In this document: positions 25,520 through 39,135 of the stretch, piece after piece
Numbering within the stretch: the stretch's first letter is position 1
Layout: the number at the start of each line of letters is the position of its first letter
DNA from: Octopus vulgaris
Taxonomy: Eukaryota
NCBI GenBank assembly: GCA_951406725.2
Contig: OX597814.1
Coordinates: forward strand, 26,598,001 to 26,662,000
DNA length: 64,000 nucleotides
Direction of reading: 5' to 3'
The notes under the pieces: model-generated
What the model was told of the DNA's origin: nothing
The model's database searches: none
Seen by the model: only the letters and a program-made list of their open reading frames with translations
Made by a program: the position numbers and the translations under genes

Positions 25520-26470
25520 TTTATAAAATAAAGATGAACTCAAATGAATTACATTCTGATAAAAGCTTAGCTGACTGAAACATAAGGACCCCAAATCAAA
25601 GAAAATTTTACACACACATAAGATCATTAATAGCCTCAAACAACCAAAATCGCTAGAAATGATCCTCACAAAGGCAAAATTATTTTCTAAAACAATGGAC
25701 ACAAAAGTAAAAAAATGTTGTCAACCAAATTGTGCAACATGCTCAAACCTGATTTTGCTTGTGCCTCAGAAAACCTGATTTATGTTATAAGATGCTCAGG
25801 CTGCCACTAAAACTACATAGGGTCCATGGGATTAACACTCAGATGCAGATGCACCCTGCACCGACAGCAGATTGCATTCCCAGAATACAGAATGATACCC
25901 TTTAGCGAACACATTGAGAGATGCGCAAAGCTACCACAATTTGTAAACTTTCAATTTTATCAATGTGACATTGGAACACCAACACAAGTTATATTAAATA
26001 AGAAAACCTACCTCATTGAAAAATATAAGCCAAAACTTAACCATTTCTAGCATTTTTAAATAAGGAAACTTACCTCATTGAAAAATATAAAGCAAAACTT
26101 AACCACTTCTAACATTTTACTCTGTCAAAACCAAATCATGTTAAATTTATAAAAACCTAATCATTCCCAACTTTTTTTGATTATCTCCCTTATACCGAAA
26201 AAATCCCTGATTGCTTCCCACTGTTTGGAACTCTCCTATATCACGCCATAGCGAAGAGAGGACACAACATCGGTAAAGAAATTTGAGAAATTTGAAAAGA
26301 AAATACGAAACCAGCTATTTCTCCAAAAACAATGTCACTACACACAAAATTTTATAACATTTTCCTAACATGACGATTTTAATATATTCTTTAACCATAT
26401 AATACAAATCTTTCATAGATTTTCATTCTATTTTGTTTTTATACATCAAACGACATGCTTTCACATAACA
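25520..26470 (+). mobile_element. Penelope-like element remnant (GIY-YIG endonuclease end)
   Basis: Translates to QPKSLEMILTKAKL...KKCCQPNCATCSNL, then (after a frameshift) CASENLIYVIRCSGCH*NYIGSMGLTLRCR..LHRQQI...LIEKYKPKLN: a Cys-rich linker plus the LIY..YIG..R signature. Confidence 0.88.
25994..26117 (+). repeat. Tandem duplication, 2 x 62 bp
   Basis: TTAAATAAG.AAAC.TACCTCATTGAAAAATATAA..CAAAACTTAACCA.TTCTA.CATTT at 25994 and 26056. Confidence 0.92.
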
Positions 26471-26479
26471 ATTCTCTCA

Positions 26480-26481
<2 letters not shown>

Positions 26482-26526
<45 letters not shown>

Positions 26527-26575
26527 ATATATATATGTGTGTATATATATATGTGTGTGTGTGTGTGTGTATATA

Positions 26576-26612
<37 letters not shown>

Positions 26613-26773
26613 GTGTGTGTGTATATATATATATATATGTCTGTGTGTATATATATATATATATGTGTGTGTATATATATATATGTGTGTGTATATATAT
26701 ATGTGTGTATATATATATATGTGTATATATATATATATATGTGTATATATATATATGTGTATATATATATATA
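26482..26773. repeat. Alternating (TA)n/(TG)n compound microsatellite
   Basis: About 290 bp, seen directly; explains five overlapping ORFs. Confidence 0.96.
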
Positions 26774-27061
26774 CATCCGAGCGTGATCATTGCCAGAGCA
26801 GCCCACCATCCGAGCCTGATCATTGCCTGAGCAGCCCACCATCCGAGTGTGATTGTTGCCAGAGCAGCCAACTGGCTTCCATGCCAGTGGCACATAAAAA
26901 GCACCCACTACACTCTCAGAGTGGTTGGCGTTAGGAAGGGCATCCAGCTGTAGAAACTCTGCCAAATCAAGACTGGAGCCTGGTGCAGCCATCTGGTTCA
27001 CCAGCCCTCAGTCAAAATCGTCCAACCCATGCTAGCATGGAAAGCGGACGTTAAACGATGA

Positions 27062-27065
<4 letters not shown>
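26774..27065 (+). mobile_element. Young family B repeat (RTE tail) with 3 x 33-bp internal tandem units
   Basis: CATCCGAG..TGAT..TTGCC.GAGCAGCC.AC at 26774, 26807 and 26840; ends GGAAAGCGGACGTTAAACGATGATGAT. Confidence 0.9.
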
Positions 27066-27117
<52 letters not shown>

Positions 27118-27210
27118 GTGTAGTTAGTTCTGTTGAAAACTCACAAGATGCATAAAAACCTGCATACTTATATACATATGCATTTATATCATATATGGAC
27201 ATATGAACTG

Positions 27211-27260
<50 letters not shown>

Positions 27261-27263
27261 ATT

Positions 27264-27294
<31 letters not shown>

Positions 27295-27874
27295 GCATGC
27301 ATACAAATATACATATTTATGCTAAACTTTCATGCAACTAAACTCTGGCAAAATTATGTAAAAAGAAAAATTAGACAAAATTTTTGAAAAAAATAAATTT
27401 TCTAGGTATTTTGCTGACAAGAAATAGTAATTTAATGTTGAGGATAAAGAAAACAACATCAGCAATAACAGCGGTGGTAAGAAGAAATTTATTTATTTAG
27501 TTTATATTTGCAATAATATATAGGCTTGCAAAAAGATAAATTAATCATAATCAATAGTGTATAGGCTGTCAGTGGAATAGATTAAGAATCAATAAAGACT
27601 GGGGTGAGAAACACATAAATCAGTATTACTTAGTTGGAATTAGTTGAGAGAACAACTCAAATACTGCAAGGAGTGCCAGGACAATCTTTTCACGAAAGAG
27701 TATTGATTTGTTTCTTTGACTAACTACTGAAGTCCTTGCACAGACATAGGTTTCATATTGTTGTGGAAAGGTTACTGAATAGGCCTTAGGTTTTAATCTG
27801 TAAGACTCACCTCCAGTAGATATACTTAATCTATATATCTTAATGTACTTTCCAGTCTCAAGTTGTTTAAACCT

Positions 27875-28080
27875 ACTAATTTAGACATAAGGGTAGCAGT
27901 TTTGAGCAGAGGGGATTAGTTGATAGCATCAGCCCCAGTACTTGCAAGTTACTTTATTTTATCAGCTCTGAAATTATGTGAATGGCAATCTTAGGATTTG
28001 AACTCAAAGGTAGTAAGCCAGAACTAAAACTGCAAAGTATTTTTCCTGATGCTCTAATGATTATGTTTGCTTTATGCCTT
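27875..28080 (-). mobile_element. Degenerate SINE family A copy
   Basis: GGGGATTAGTTGAT...CCCCAGTACT...GGATTTGAACTCA motifs in order. Confidence 0.65.
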
Positions 28081-28629
28081 AGAAATAACACAAATTGGTT
28101 TCAACTTCAACATCAAAATCAAATCACAAGTTCTTTTACCCCTGTGTTATCAGTATTTTGTCTCTTTGTTTTTTCTACTACTGTGCATCAAACATTCAAT
28201 GCCAGTTACATTCATTTAAGGCTAACCATCATCAATTAGACAGTTTTTATTTAGCTCATAACATTAATAAAGTTTCTTTGGGTTGTTTTATATAAGAGTA
28301 TTGTTGAAAAAGACAAAAAGACAATTAACTACACCTTGTCTCTAATACTATTTAATGGTACTTCAGTCTTTTCTCATGCACATTAGTGATGGAAGTGGTA
28401 TAAACTAACTCCATAAACTGGGGATCAAACCTGATACACAATCTCAGCTCAACAGCAATTTTGATCAATTGATCAATTCACTTTCTTCTTTGTTTAATAT
28501 TCCTTGTTAACATTATTGAGGATTGTTTTTCATTAGAGCAATCATTTTCACAAATCCATCTCTCCTCTCCCAACAACTATTCATTACTAAAGCTATTCAG
28601 GGAGTTATATATATATAGTTTCTCAATAT

Positions 28630-29120
28630 TGTAGTAATAGCAGCCAAAGCTTTAAACCACATGCCACTGTCTTAAAATTGAAGGATACATTGGATAAAAT
28701 TCTCCCAGGTTATATTATGCCCCATCCCCCCAAAGAAGATAAAGCAAAAGATAGGACTGTTATGGCTAGAATAGTTTTTTAATTATAGATCTTTACAACT
28801 ACCACCATTCTTCTTCGCAAAAGTGGTAGAACTTTTTTGTCTGTATTAGGAACTGAGAGACAACAAACACTCCATAGTAAGGTTTAAACACATAACTTAG
28901 AACACCTTTACTATATGAACCAACAAAAGAGGTGTATTATACTGTCTCAGCTTACTAGTACTAATAAACAAAACTTCCTCAAATCACACCATATGGTCTG
29001 CGAAAAAGGATACATTCGACAATATAGTCCTAAATGCATAAAAAGACAGGATGGTCACAACTGGAATGCTTTTGATCATAGATACATTGTATCAGAGCTG
29101 ACTTGCAGTTAAACAATAAT
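28630..29120 (+). repeat. Two degenerate family E copies (about 28630-28790 and 28950-29120)
   Basis: AATAGCAGCCAAA / CTCAAATCACACC...GGATACATT...GGATGGTCAC..CTGGAATGC.TTTGATCATAG. Confidence 0.7.
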
Positions 29121-29671
29121 AGCATTTACCTAACAACAATCACACTTTTGTTATAGATTGTGAACCACTGTTAATTCTATTAATTTATATCTGCTGTTGC
29201 TACTGCTGCTACTTTTCCCATTACTTATGATTGTGCTGTTGTTGTTGTTTGTGTAAGCTAAGTTTTAGTGCAGTGACAATATATTCTCCATGACTTTACT
29301 CAAAACTAATTGGGAGAATAGCTTTATCCATTTGCTAAATGATGGGGATTTTCTTTCTTTTTTTCATTGTTTTTTTTTTACTTTCAATTTCATTTTCCAG
29401 AAACTTTCTGTAAAGCAATGGAAATGTTAATTCTACTCATGCACTTTCAGTATTTCTTTTTCTTATATAGACCCTCACCCTCTCCCTCTAATCCCTAACT
29501 TCCTCTTATCTCATTTATTCTGTCTATCTCTTTTTCTTTCTTTCTCTCTCTTTCTCTCCTTCATATCTATCTTTCAAAGAATTTATTGTTCATACATCTA
29601 TTACCTTACTTCATGCTATTATTACTTTACTCTTCCCATCAGAATCATCATGGAAATGATTCTGCTGGGAA

Positions 29672-29688
29672 TACACACATACACACAT

Positions 29689-29726
<38 letters not shown>

Positions 29727-29773
29727 CTATCTATCTATCTGTCTGTCTATCTGTCTGTCTGTCTGTCTGTCTG

Positions 29774-29823
<50 letters not shown>
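29672..29823. repeat. Compound microsatellite (CA)n(TCTA)n(TCTG)n(TA)n
   Basis: Seen directly. Confidence 0.96.
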
Positions 29824-29824
<1 letters not shown>

Positions 29825-29827
<3 letters not shown>

Positions 29828-30038
29828 ATCCAAACATGAAAATACAAAGAGAAAGCACAACAACGCAAGGACATGGAACAAGTATAGTGTTATTGGACGC
29901 TCAGGTAAGGAAAGAAAGAAGGAGAATTTAACGTTTCGGGTGGAGCTCTTTGTCAGAAACATAGGAAAAGGAAAGATCCAAGGAAGGGAAGATGGAGGAA
30001 AAAAATCGCCAACGGTACACACGCGGTCACATTTTGAA
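29825..30038 (-). mobile_element. Small repeat with a decayed minimal hammerhead-like core
   Basis: Minus strand: GTTT-CTGACAA-AGAGC-TCC-ACCC-GAAA-CG-TTA-AA at about 29960-29927; CpG-rich relative to its flanks and adjacent to (TA)n. Confidence 0.45.
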
Positions 30039-30244
30039 TATACATATACTTGAATATAAGCAATTAATCTATGTGTTTCTAATTAATCTATGTGTTTACA
30101 TATTCATTAAATATGTGAACACAAGCTTAACTACATATATATATGCGTACCTTGCTAGTTATACCTGCTAAATTTCCACTTTCTGTCTCAACTTATCTAT
30201 TATATCTACCTAGATATTATATCAGCTTTAGTATTAACGTGTAT

Positions 30245-30304
30245 ATTCACATTCTGAGTTCAAATTCTGCCAAGATCAACCTTGCTTTTCATCCTTTTGG
30301 GGTC
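30245..30304 (+). mobile_element. SINE family A fragment (box B and start of core)
   Basis: CATTCTGAGTTCAAATTCTGCCAAGATCAACCTTGCTTTTCATCCTTTTGGGGTC. Confidence 0.8.
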
Positions 30305-30603
30305 AAGACAGTACTTCTTGATACACCAAGCATTTTGGCTGTTTTCATTGTGCTAGTGCCTGCCATATAAGCACCAACAATTTGACATCTTTGAAAGTCT
30401 GATAGATCTGTCATTTTAATGAATTTAATTACCTTTTACTGATGATATCTGAAATGAAACAGCAATTTTAGCAAAATATATTACACAACACTAATAATAA
30501 ATAGAAAAAACATAAAAATAAACAAGCTTTTGATGGTTTTATAGATATTTCAAAATTATGATGCTATGATGCTAGATGTTTCCATTATTTTGTCCAACCC
30601 CTG
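30305..30603 (-). mobile_element. 5' fragment of the same Tc1-type transposon as 56582-57834
   Basis: Carries the terminal repeat (TGTTTCCATTATTTTGTCCAACCCCTG, then TA) and encodes MTDLSDFQRCQIVGAYMAGTSTMKTAKMLGVSRSTV; collinear with 57545-57834. Confidence 0.93.
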
Positions 30604-30769
30604 TATATGGTGGGCTTTCACACAGTTCATCATATACACACACATAATTGTATATACATTCATATATAGAGAGAGAGGAGATATTTCAAAAAAGTGATGA
30701 CAAATTTCCAATGGGGCAAGCTAAGAGATGAAGGGCTCACCACGTATCATGGCCCATTGTCATTCTATT

Positions 30770-31030
30770 GTGGTCCTTCATCATTCACTAGTCAACATCT
30801 TAAGATGAAATCATACTATTCTTCCAAACATCGTCCTCTTGCATTTTCACTTTAATGCTGTTTCACCTAACTGTTTCATCATCCTCATTATTTGTCTGTA
30901 ACAGTGCAGTCTTTTCTTTTGTGCAATACAGTTGATTCCTCTAAAAAGCATGTTTTTTTCACTCAGCACACTGTCATTCATGCATGCTGACATTACATAT
31001 TCAGCAGAGCATGCACACATCTTCTGCATT
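30770..31030 (-). mobile_element. RTE-clade LINE fragment
   Basis: ORF 30847-31029 (DSVLSEK..FRGINCIAQKKRLHCYRQIMRM) is homologous to ORF 13501-13737. Confidence 0.75.
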
Positions 31031-31940
31031 CAATGCCTATAACTATATATACATATATATGTATGTATATTTGTGTATGTGTATGTATATATATATATAT
31101 ATATATATAATGACAGTGTCCCAGCATAGCTACAGTCTAATGACTAAAATAAGCAAAAAAGTTTTTAAAATGTGTGTGTATGTATGTATGTATGTATGTA
31201 TGAGAGAGAGAGAGTGCATATGTGTGTGTAAATATCATAATCATCATTGTTTTGTGCTTACATTCCATCACAGTATGGGCAAGGTTGTGTTTTCTGAAGC
31301 AGCATTTTATTGTGAGATGTTCTCTTTAATACCATCCTTCTTATGACACACAAGGACATAGCGTACCCATTCTAAAATTGGGATACACACTTGTGCATGA
31401 ATTTTCATACCTGTATTATATATATATATATATATGCACACACACACTATCTTGTATGAGTATCTTTGTCAGACTATCAGCATGAGCAGCTATCTATCTC
31501 TCTATCGCTGAATATGTATCTAATATTCTCTCTGTTTCTATCAATATGTTCCAATATTTTCAGTATCCATCTCTTTTTTCTGCCATTAATATTTTTTCCT
31601 AGTTCCTTTTACTTTATCCATTATCCTGGCCCCACCTCCCCCACAAAGCCAGTCAACACATTTGTTAACTTTGACTCTTTCATCTCACTTGCTAGTTTGA
31701 TTGCTCTTATCTTTAGCTGTTTTTAACTGACTTTATTTTTTTCATAAATTTCATTTTCTTCACACTTCTACCACCCTCTCTCACACATGCACACAAACAC
31801 CTGTATCCACGTGTGTATGTGTGTATATGTATACACACACACATATATATATGTATACATACACACACATATATATGTATATATAACACATATACATGTA
31901 TGTAGGTAGAGTGTGTATTTATGCACACATTCATGCATAC

Positions 31941-32008
<68 letters not shown>

Positions 32009-34174
32009 ATGTATATGTATATATATGACTGTACACACACGGCAATGCATGCATATACACATACAATCATATACACACACTATACACACAGAGAAGGACA
32101 TAGACATATTTCTCAATCCATTTTAACTTGTTTTTGGTTTTGTTTTTTGTATTTTTTTTCACATTCTAATATTATGTTGTAGTTTTCAGTTTTTTCTTTT
32201 TCTTTCATTTCATTTCATTGCTAGAAGCATTAATCAATTTAATATGAGAAGTTATTTTTTTTAAGTTTCTTCTTCCCACCCCTACAATACACACACGCAC
32301 ACACACACACACACAAACACAAATGCACATACATTCTGCTTCTTTCAAGTTCCTTCCAGTCAGTCTTGTTTCACATGCCTGTTTTCCCCGTCCTCTCTTT
32401 ACCCTATCTGTCTATCTAACTATCCATCTATCTATCAACCTATTGATCTATCTATCTATCACCCTGCTTCCTCTTTTCTTTTGATGCCATTTACTTTATG
32501 GTGTTAGCTTATATCTGCTTATCTTTTAATGGTAGGCTTTCAGAAGTGTTAAGAACCAAGTTGGCTCAGTTGCTACTTTATAAATGTAAACACTCAGAGT
32601 CCATAATCTATGCAACAAGTCCCCCTACAACCTCCTCCCTTGCTCTCTCGTTCTCTTGCTCTCTGTCATTTTTACATTCTCCCATTCTATTTATCTCTTA
32701 ACCACATACAGCCATATTCACCACACACATACTCACTCGCTTTTCTCTATTTGCCATATGATTATATATATTAAATTGGAGTGAAATGCATAAATTTTCT
32801 CCACTACCACTTCCATCCCTTGAATTTAAATCTACTAAAAAGCTGTCAATTAATCCATTTCACCACTTCCTCACCTATGTTGTTATAGCCATTCAATCAC
32901 ATGCAACATAGTGATTGAAACTACGCACATACACACAAATATACTCATGTGTGTGTGTGTGTGTGTGTATACATTTATATATATGAAATACTCCAATACT
33001 TCACTGCCAGCCATAGTTATAAAAGCCTCAATGCTGAAAGTCGAGAAAAATATAATGTAATGTAACACACACAGACACACACACACATATATATATACAT
33101 ACACACATACACAAATATGTTTTTACACATGCACATATATGTTAATAAATTTGTTTAATGATTGAAACTACACATCTAAATATATGCCACATACTACAAA
33201 CTCACATGTGCAGCATAAATGAATTCATTTAGCATATAAAGCACATAAATATATCAGAATGCATCCTAATATATGTTGTGATACACACACACACAGACAC
33301 ACACATGTACACATACATACATGTGCACGTATACACACACATAGGGTAGAGAGATTATTCATAATATATGCAATATGTAAAACATGGATAATATACACAT
33401 AATGACTATAATAAATGTATGTTATATATACAATCTACATAATATATGATGAATATAGTATAATACATACAAAATATATACACCATATATAAAATATATT
33501 CAATATATATGATAAATATACAAATATAATATAATGAAAATATAATAAACATACATGCATAAGCACATAAACAAGCAAAACTTAACACATTAATATGCAT
33601 GCTCTTAAATTAAAATCCTTTTATGTTCAGCAATTTCAGATAAAGTTATATCAACATCAATGAGAATATGAAATGCACTGAACCAAGAGTTAGAAATTTT
33701 TAAAAAATAAATGACAATGACAATAAAAGCAACAACATCAACAAAATTAGACTTTTCTACATATAATATATTATGACACAAATACTTCTTTGAAGTACAG
33801 TGCAAGAAAGTTATATTTTAGATACAGGTAGCTTCAGGTTATAAGCAAATATTTACGACTCTAATTAGCAAATCTCTCACCTTCTAAAGTAGTATTTCAA
33901 AAATCTTTTGCATTTATAAGTATGAAATATTATTTGATGGTACATAGTCTGGAATTCGCATAATTCATAATAGTTATCAAGATAATGAGGGAGAGCATCT
34001 ATGTAGTAGCCAAATGAAGCATTGGAATCTTCTTCAACAAATTCTCAATTATATTTTTGAAATAGAATATCATATTTCAATACTGAGGTATTAGAATAAT
34101 ATGGTATGAAATAATAATGCAATAATTGCAGCTATCTAGAAATTCGATGCAGACTGACTTGTTGGATGTTTTAA

Positions 34175-34310
34175 GCATGGCTGGGTGGTTTAGAATTCCA
34201 TTTCTCTATTATGTAGTTTTGTGTCTCATTCTGATGTGTGGTCCCACTGGCAAGTATCTTCTACGATAAATTTAGTAAGCCAAAGCCTTATAAGTGGAAT
34301 TTGGTACTCC
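34175..34310 (+). mobile_element. SINE family D, degenerate
   Basis: GCATGGCTGGGTGGTT...GGCAAGTATCTTCTAC...CCAAAGCCTT.TAAGTGGAATTTGGTA. Confidence 0.65.
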
Positions 34311-34679
34311 ACCAAATTGTAGATACTTTTTTGTCATTTTCCCTACAAAAAACGCAGTAAACCAGCAAGTGGCTTACTAGAAACCTGTTATGAAAGTTAA
34401 TATTATTCACAATTTACAATATAGTATTTTTGAATACAAAAAAAATCTAACTTCTCTAAAAGCCAATATCTATTGAATTCATTGGTCAGTGCTTATTTCC
34501 AGTTTCATGTAGCATTAAAGGCATCAAGGATCAATCTTTGTGTATCACTTTTCTTCCAGGAAGAAATGTACTTACCAATGAACCACTCATCATTTCCCCA
34601 CTGCTACTGCTATTAATGTTCCTAGTAGAGTTATATCACCATGCAGTACATACAGTTGTACATGCATGTGAGAAAGTCT

Positions 34680-34880
34680 CTACTGATTGTTTGATGTGCA
34701 AGAAACAGCCGCCAAATTCTTTTGAAAGCACACCTACCACTTTAATAAAGAAGGCATATTAGATATAATGCAGTCCAACATGCACAATACTTGAATAAAA
34801 TGACAAGATTATCATGACTCAAGTACTCTTGATTACACACCAGCTTTTTTTGGTCTCCTCTGGGTTAAACAACATAGTTA
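34680..34880 (+). repeat. Family E repeat, degenerate
   Basis: AGAAACAGCCGCCAAAT...CACACCTACC...AAGAAGGCATATT...TAAACAACA. Confidence 0.55.
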
Positions 34881-36914
34881 TTGTCAAAGTGAACTTGGCC
34901 ATTGAAAGACAGTTGTTAAAATCTTAGCTATAGACACAGTATAGTACAGGCAAGAAAATATGAACTAGTGATGCCTAGACAGAACACTGTGTTCAGCCAG
35001 TTATGGTCTCTGTTACTGATAGGTGAGAATAAGTATATAATTTGAGATGTACTATCCAAATACATAATGAACAATTTGTGAATCTATAAGCCAGCCATTG
35101 GACCTCTATACTGTTAACATTATCTCTGACTATAGCAGTCTGTCTTTGGTCATTTTAAATCTCACACAAGTCAAAGTGACTCATATGATACATTTCTACA
35201 TCTTGCCCTGCTCTCATTATTTTAAAGGAATAAAAAAAAAATGTTGGTATTATCTGGAATAAGATTTAGTCTGCTTCATTTGAAGATTGCATGAGAGTGT
35301 CATGGTACCCTGAAAAGTGATGCACAATATAGAAGTTATGAAGCTCCAACATATATACCAAAATAACAGTGTCAGAATTCAATCTATATATGTGGAGCAA
35401 ACCACAATCATAAGTCATCAAACGTGATGTTTTTGTCAGATGTTAGGCTATATATTCCAATTTCTTTATATTTAATGTGATATTTGGATAATTTTGGAAT
35501 AAATTTCCATTCTATAAATCATCACTCCAACTACAGTAAGTGCTACGTAATCTATTCTGTTAAGTGCCAGAGTAAACTTACAACACCATTTCAATCCCCA
35601 AGGCAGAAATTTTCTTTTGCTTATTATAAACAGAAAGAGTATTAAAATTGCTTTAAGACAATGGTGGGTGCTTATATCTGACTTAGCAGCAATAAATTAC
35701 ATTAGATGCTGGTACTGTGTGTTAAAAAAAACATTTCAGCTTCCAAAATAGTTTCACGTTTTCCAGCTCATCTAAAAAGAAAACCATGAAATGCTTATAG
35801 GCTACACAGAGCACATAAATGTGCTGTAGTAGAGTAGTTAAAAACATCTGGACAAGAGAAATTCATGACTGACACAACCACCCCTCAACAAAGGTTTTTC
35901 CATTTTCATCTAAAGTAATCCATCCTATTTCAGTTGATTGAACAGGCTTCTATTATCAATTGTCTGTGTATGTGTTTTTACTCCATCTATAATATGAGAA
36001 AGCAAAAAGGAAAGAGTGAATGACAGAAAGAGTAGAAAACAAAGAGAGAAAGAAATGGGGTAAGCAACATAAATATTCAGAATGGAAGATAGTATTGTCA
36101 AAATACATAATCTTTTGCTATTGTTCAGCAAATGAGATTTAAGGAAACCATCAACTTTAATGCAACAGTTATGCAAATGAAGAACTTTGTAGAATTGTTT
36201 CGCTTTATTCATAGAATTAACATTATGATATTAAGCAAGTCTAATACATGCTAGCATTGAATGGTAAACTGACAACTGGGTGATTTTGATGCTGCTGCTG
36301 ATGATGATGCAAAAATACATCACGATTATGGTGATAATGGTGATTTTACATAGCATTGTTCAGTTTGATGTTTTTACTGAAACCTCAGTGACAATTAATA
36401 CTCAGATGTTACAGCTTTGTATTGAAACATTTACAAAAAGCATGCGTGTGTGTGTATGTATGTATGTATGTGTATATGAATGTGTGTGTATATGTAATTA
36501 TATAAATGTGCATATGTAGAAAAATATATATTGGTTTGTGATGATGCAATAGAATCTCAATGAATGAGCTCCAAAAATAAGAGTTAAAGATGACACATTT
36601 AGGCAACTGGAAGAGACATAAATTTCACAAATACTTATTGTCTCTTTACATTTGAAACAGAAGTGTCTTAGCTCTGGATACGTGCAGTTTTAACCACAGT
36701 ATATGATGCACTAACCTCTAAGCTGATTGTCTGGAACACTATTGATTCAGTGTCCAATCTTTCAATATACTGATGGTTTTATCATGATGCTATTGTATGC
36801 TAGATATTAATAAATATATACACATACATACTAATTTACATGTATTTTTATGTACTGAGTGTGTGCATGGGTATATATACTTTTTTGTGTGTGTGTGTGT
36901 GTATTATATACACA

Positions 36915-36995
36915 TATATTCCTTCACAAGGCTTTGTTTTGGAACTGGACCAGAAAGCACGTGATGTTTAAGCAGACTTAATTTCACAGTCATAC
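36915..36995 (-). mobile_element. SINE family D fragment
   Basis: TCACAAGGCTTTG...GGAACTG.ACCAG.A.CACGTG matches the reverse complement of the family D head. Confidence 0.45.
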
Positions 36996-37291
36996 CTATA
37001 CATGCACACACACACACACACAAAGGCGCACACTCGAACACACACAAATATACATACATGTATAAAATACATACATACATATATACATATACACACACAC
37101 TTACAGTAGATAATTTATTTCTATGCAACTAGACTTTGTTTTAGATTGTCTCACAGTTTTAACTAATTAATCACTCTAAACTTAATAAATTTTTATTTTT
37201 ATTGAGCAGTCTCACTAATTCATTTTGGCATGATAGACTAATTATCAATATCACCACAAAGTGTTTATTCACATAGCGACAGTATGACAAT

Positions 37292-37354
<63 letters not shown>

Positions 37355-37519
37355 ATACAAAATGGGACAAGAACGCAAAACATCCAGACAACTAGGTGAT
37401 ACAAAAAGGGGCAACAAAACATCCAGATCTATATGTATATATAACTATACAACACACACACATATATGTGTGTGTGTGTATGTATTATGTATATGTATGA
37501 TTTCTTCTTCAAGCAGCTG

Positions 37520-38040
37520 CAACTGAGATGCATTCCACCATGCTATGCCTGGAATCTTTGTCTAGTATTAACTTTGGTAGATCTTCAATTTCATGCTCTG
37601 TTGTCAGCTAATAACATGATAGTTGATTGGTCTTTGTCCCCTATTAGGGAGCAGATGTCTACAAAATATAACATCTGATATGATTTCATGTTCAGTACAA
37701 TAGCAGTGACCAATAAAGCATACTCTGCATTGAGTAATAATAATAGTGATGGATAGAATGTGTCCATAAATCTCCTCTTTGATCTTGTGGCTACCTTCAT
37801 GTACATACCACAAAGGCAGTCTTAAACCTCCTTCATCATTGAGCAGCTTTCTGCTCCATTAAGATGCTTTGAAGAATGTTAGCCTTGTTGACTTTGAGAC
37901 ACCTGATAGCTAGATGTCATGAAGCTTGCTGGAGGTATGTTGGACATCTTTCTTGCTTCTCAAGAAGTCTTTTTCACTGCACTTCATATCCAATCCAATC
38001 ATCAGAAGCATGAAATATGAATAACCAGATGTGTGATGCT
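37520..38040 (-). mobile_element. RTE/RTE-X-type LINE remnant
   Basis: ORF 37604-37813 (SHKIKEEIYGHILSITIIITQCRVCFIGHCYCTEHEIISDVIF...RGQRPINY) resembles the H.T.EE.YG...I..RRLRFAGHC.R...E motif. Confidence 0.75.
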
Positions 38041-39068
38041 AGCTGTTATAATTATAAAGAACACTATCTGTTTTATCCTTCTTACCTGTATTTACATACT
38101 CAGTAGTCATTTATTGCATCCTCTTAAGGTGATGAACTGTGTTACACTTTAAACTGCCATTACTCTGAAACAAAATAAAAACCATAATCAAAATGTTTAA
38201 CATGATTTATGTGTTACACTTACAGTATTTTTAACCTTGGTATGAAAGAATGGTATAACTGCAATAGTTAAAGTAATGAAACAATTTTGAAGTGTTACAC
38301 ATTAAATGACCCTAACACTGGAATACAATTAATGATGTAATTAAAATATTTAACCTTTTTCATATCATACTGCCAGAAACCACTCTGAGTTTTATGATAC
38401 AAACTCTTTTAAAATTACCTTAATTAAAACTATCCATCAGAATTTCATGCTAATTTATGTTTCAAACACCAGCTTAATAATGACAATTATTTTAATAAAT
38501 TCTATATTATTTTCAAAATCAATTGAAGTAAAGACTGTATTTCAACAGAAATATGATAACAAAAGGGTTGATATCATGAAATAATATAACAATGATCTAC
38601 AAATTTATGCATCAAAATAGAAATAAAAATTATGGAATTCCTATGGATCCCTACTTGTAAAGAATAAAGTTCAACAAATTCAAGAATATTTTATTAGTGT
38701 TCTTTCTTTTGACTCCTCAGAAACTACATCAAAACAAAATTGTAAAACTATTGCTTGGATAGCAATAACTCATTATTTCTGTATAATTTTCATCAATTTT
38801 ATTTTAGTATTAATTTAGTGGATATGAAAGAGCAAAAATCACCAGAAAAAGAGAATTCTTGAATTTATTGAGTTTCTTTGCTCCACTGTTATTTTAACCC
38901 CATCCCCATATTGAGTACTTTATAAATATTGTTGTCTATTGTTTATTGTACAATTATTTCATGTGTGTGTGTATGTGCGTGTGTGTGTGTATGACTATAT
39001 TTGGTTATATTACTTAAGTTTCAACATAGGGCCTCAGATCAGGTTATTTGTCAAGCATGTGCCACCAC

Positions 39069-39135
<67 letters not shown>

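Noticed and set aside
26774-26872. Three 33-bp direct repeats, superficially CRISPR-like
   Set aside because: Head-to-tail with no unique spacers, inside a retroelement UTR, eukaryotic context, no cas genes.
26455-27001. Longest ORFs in the track (147-174 aa; Y/I/C/V/H/T-rich)
   Set aside because: Translations of (TA)/(TG) microsatellite plus a family B repeat. The same applies to similar ORFs at 5.7, 31.9, 43.7 and 47.9 kb.
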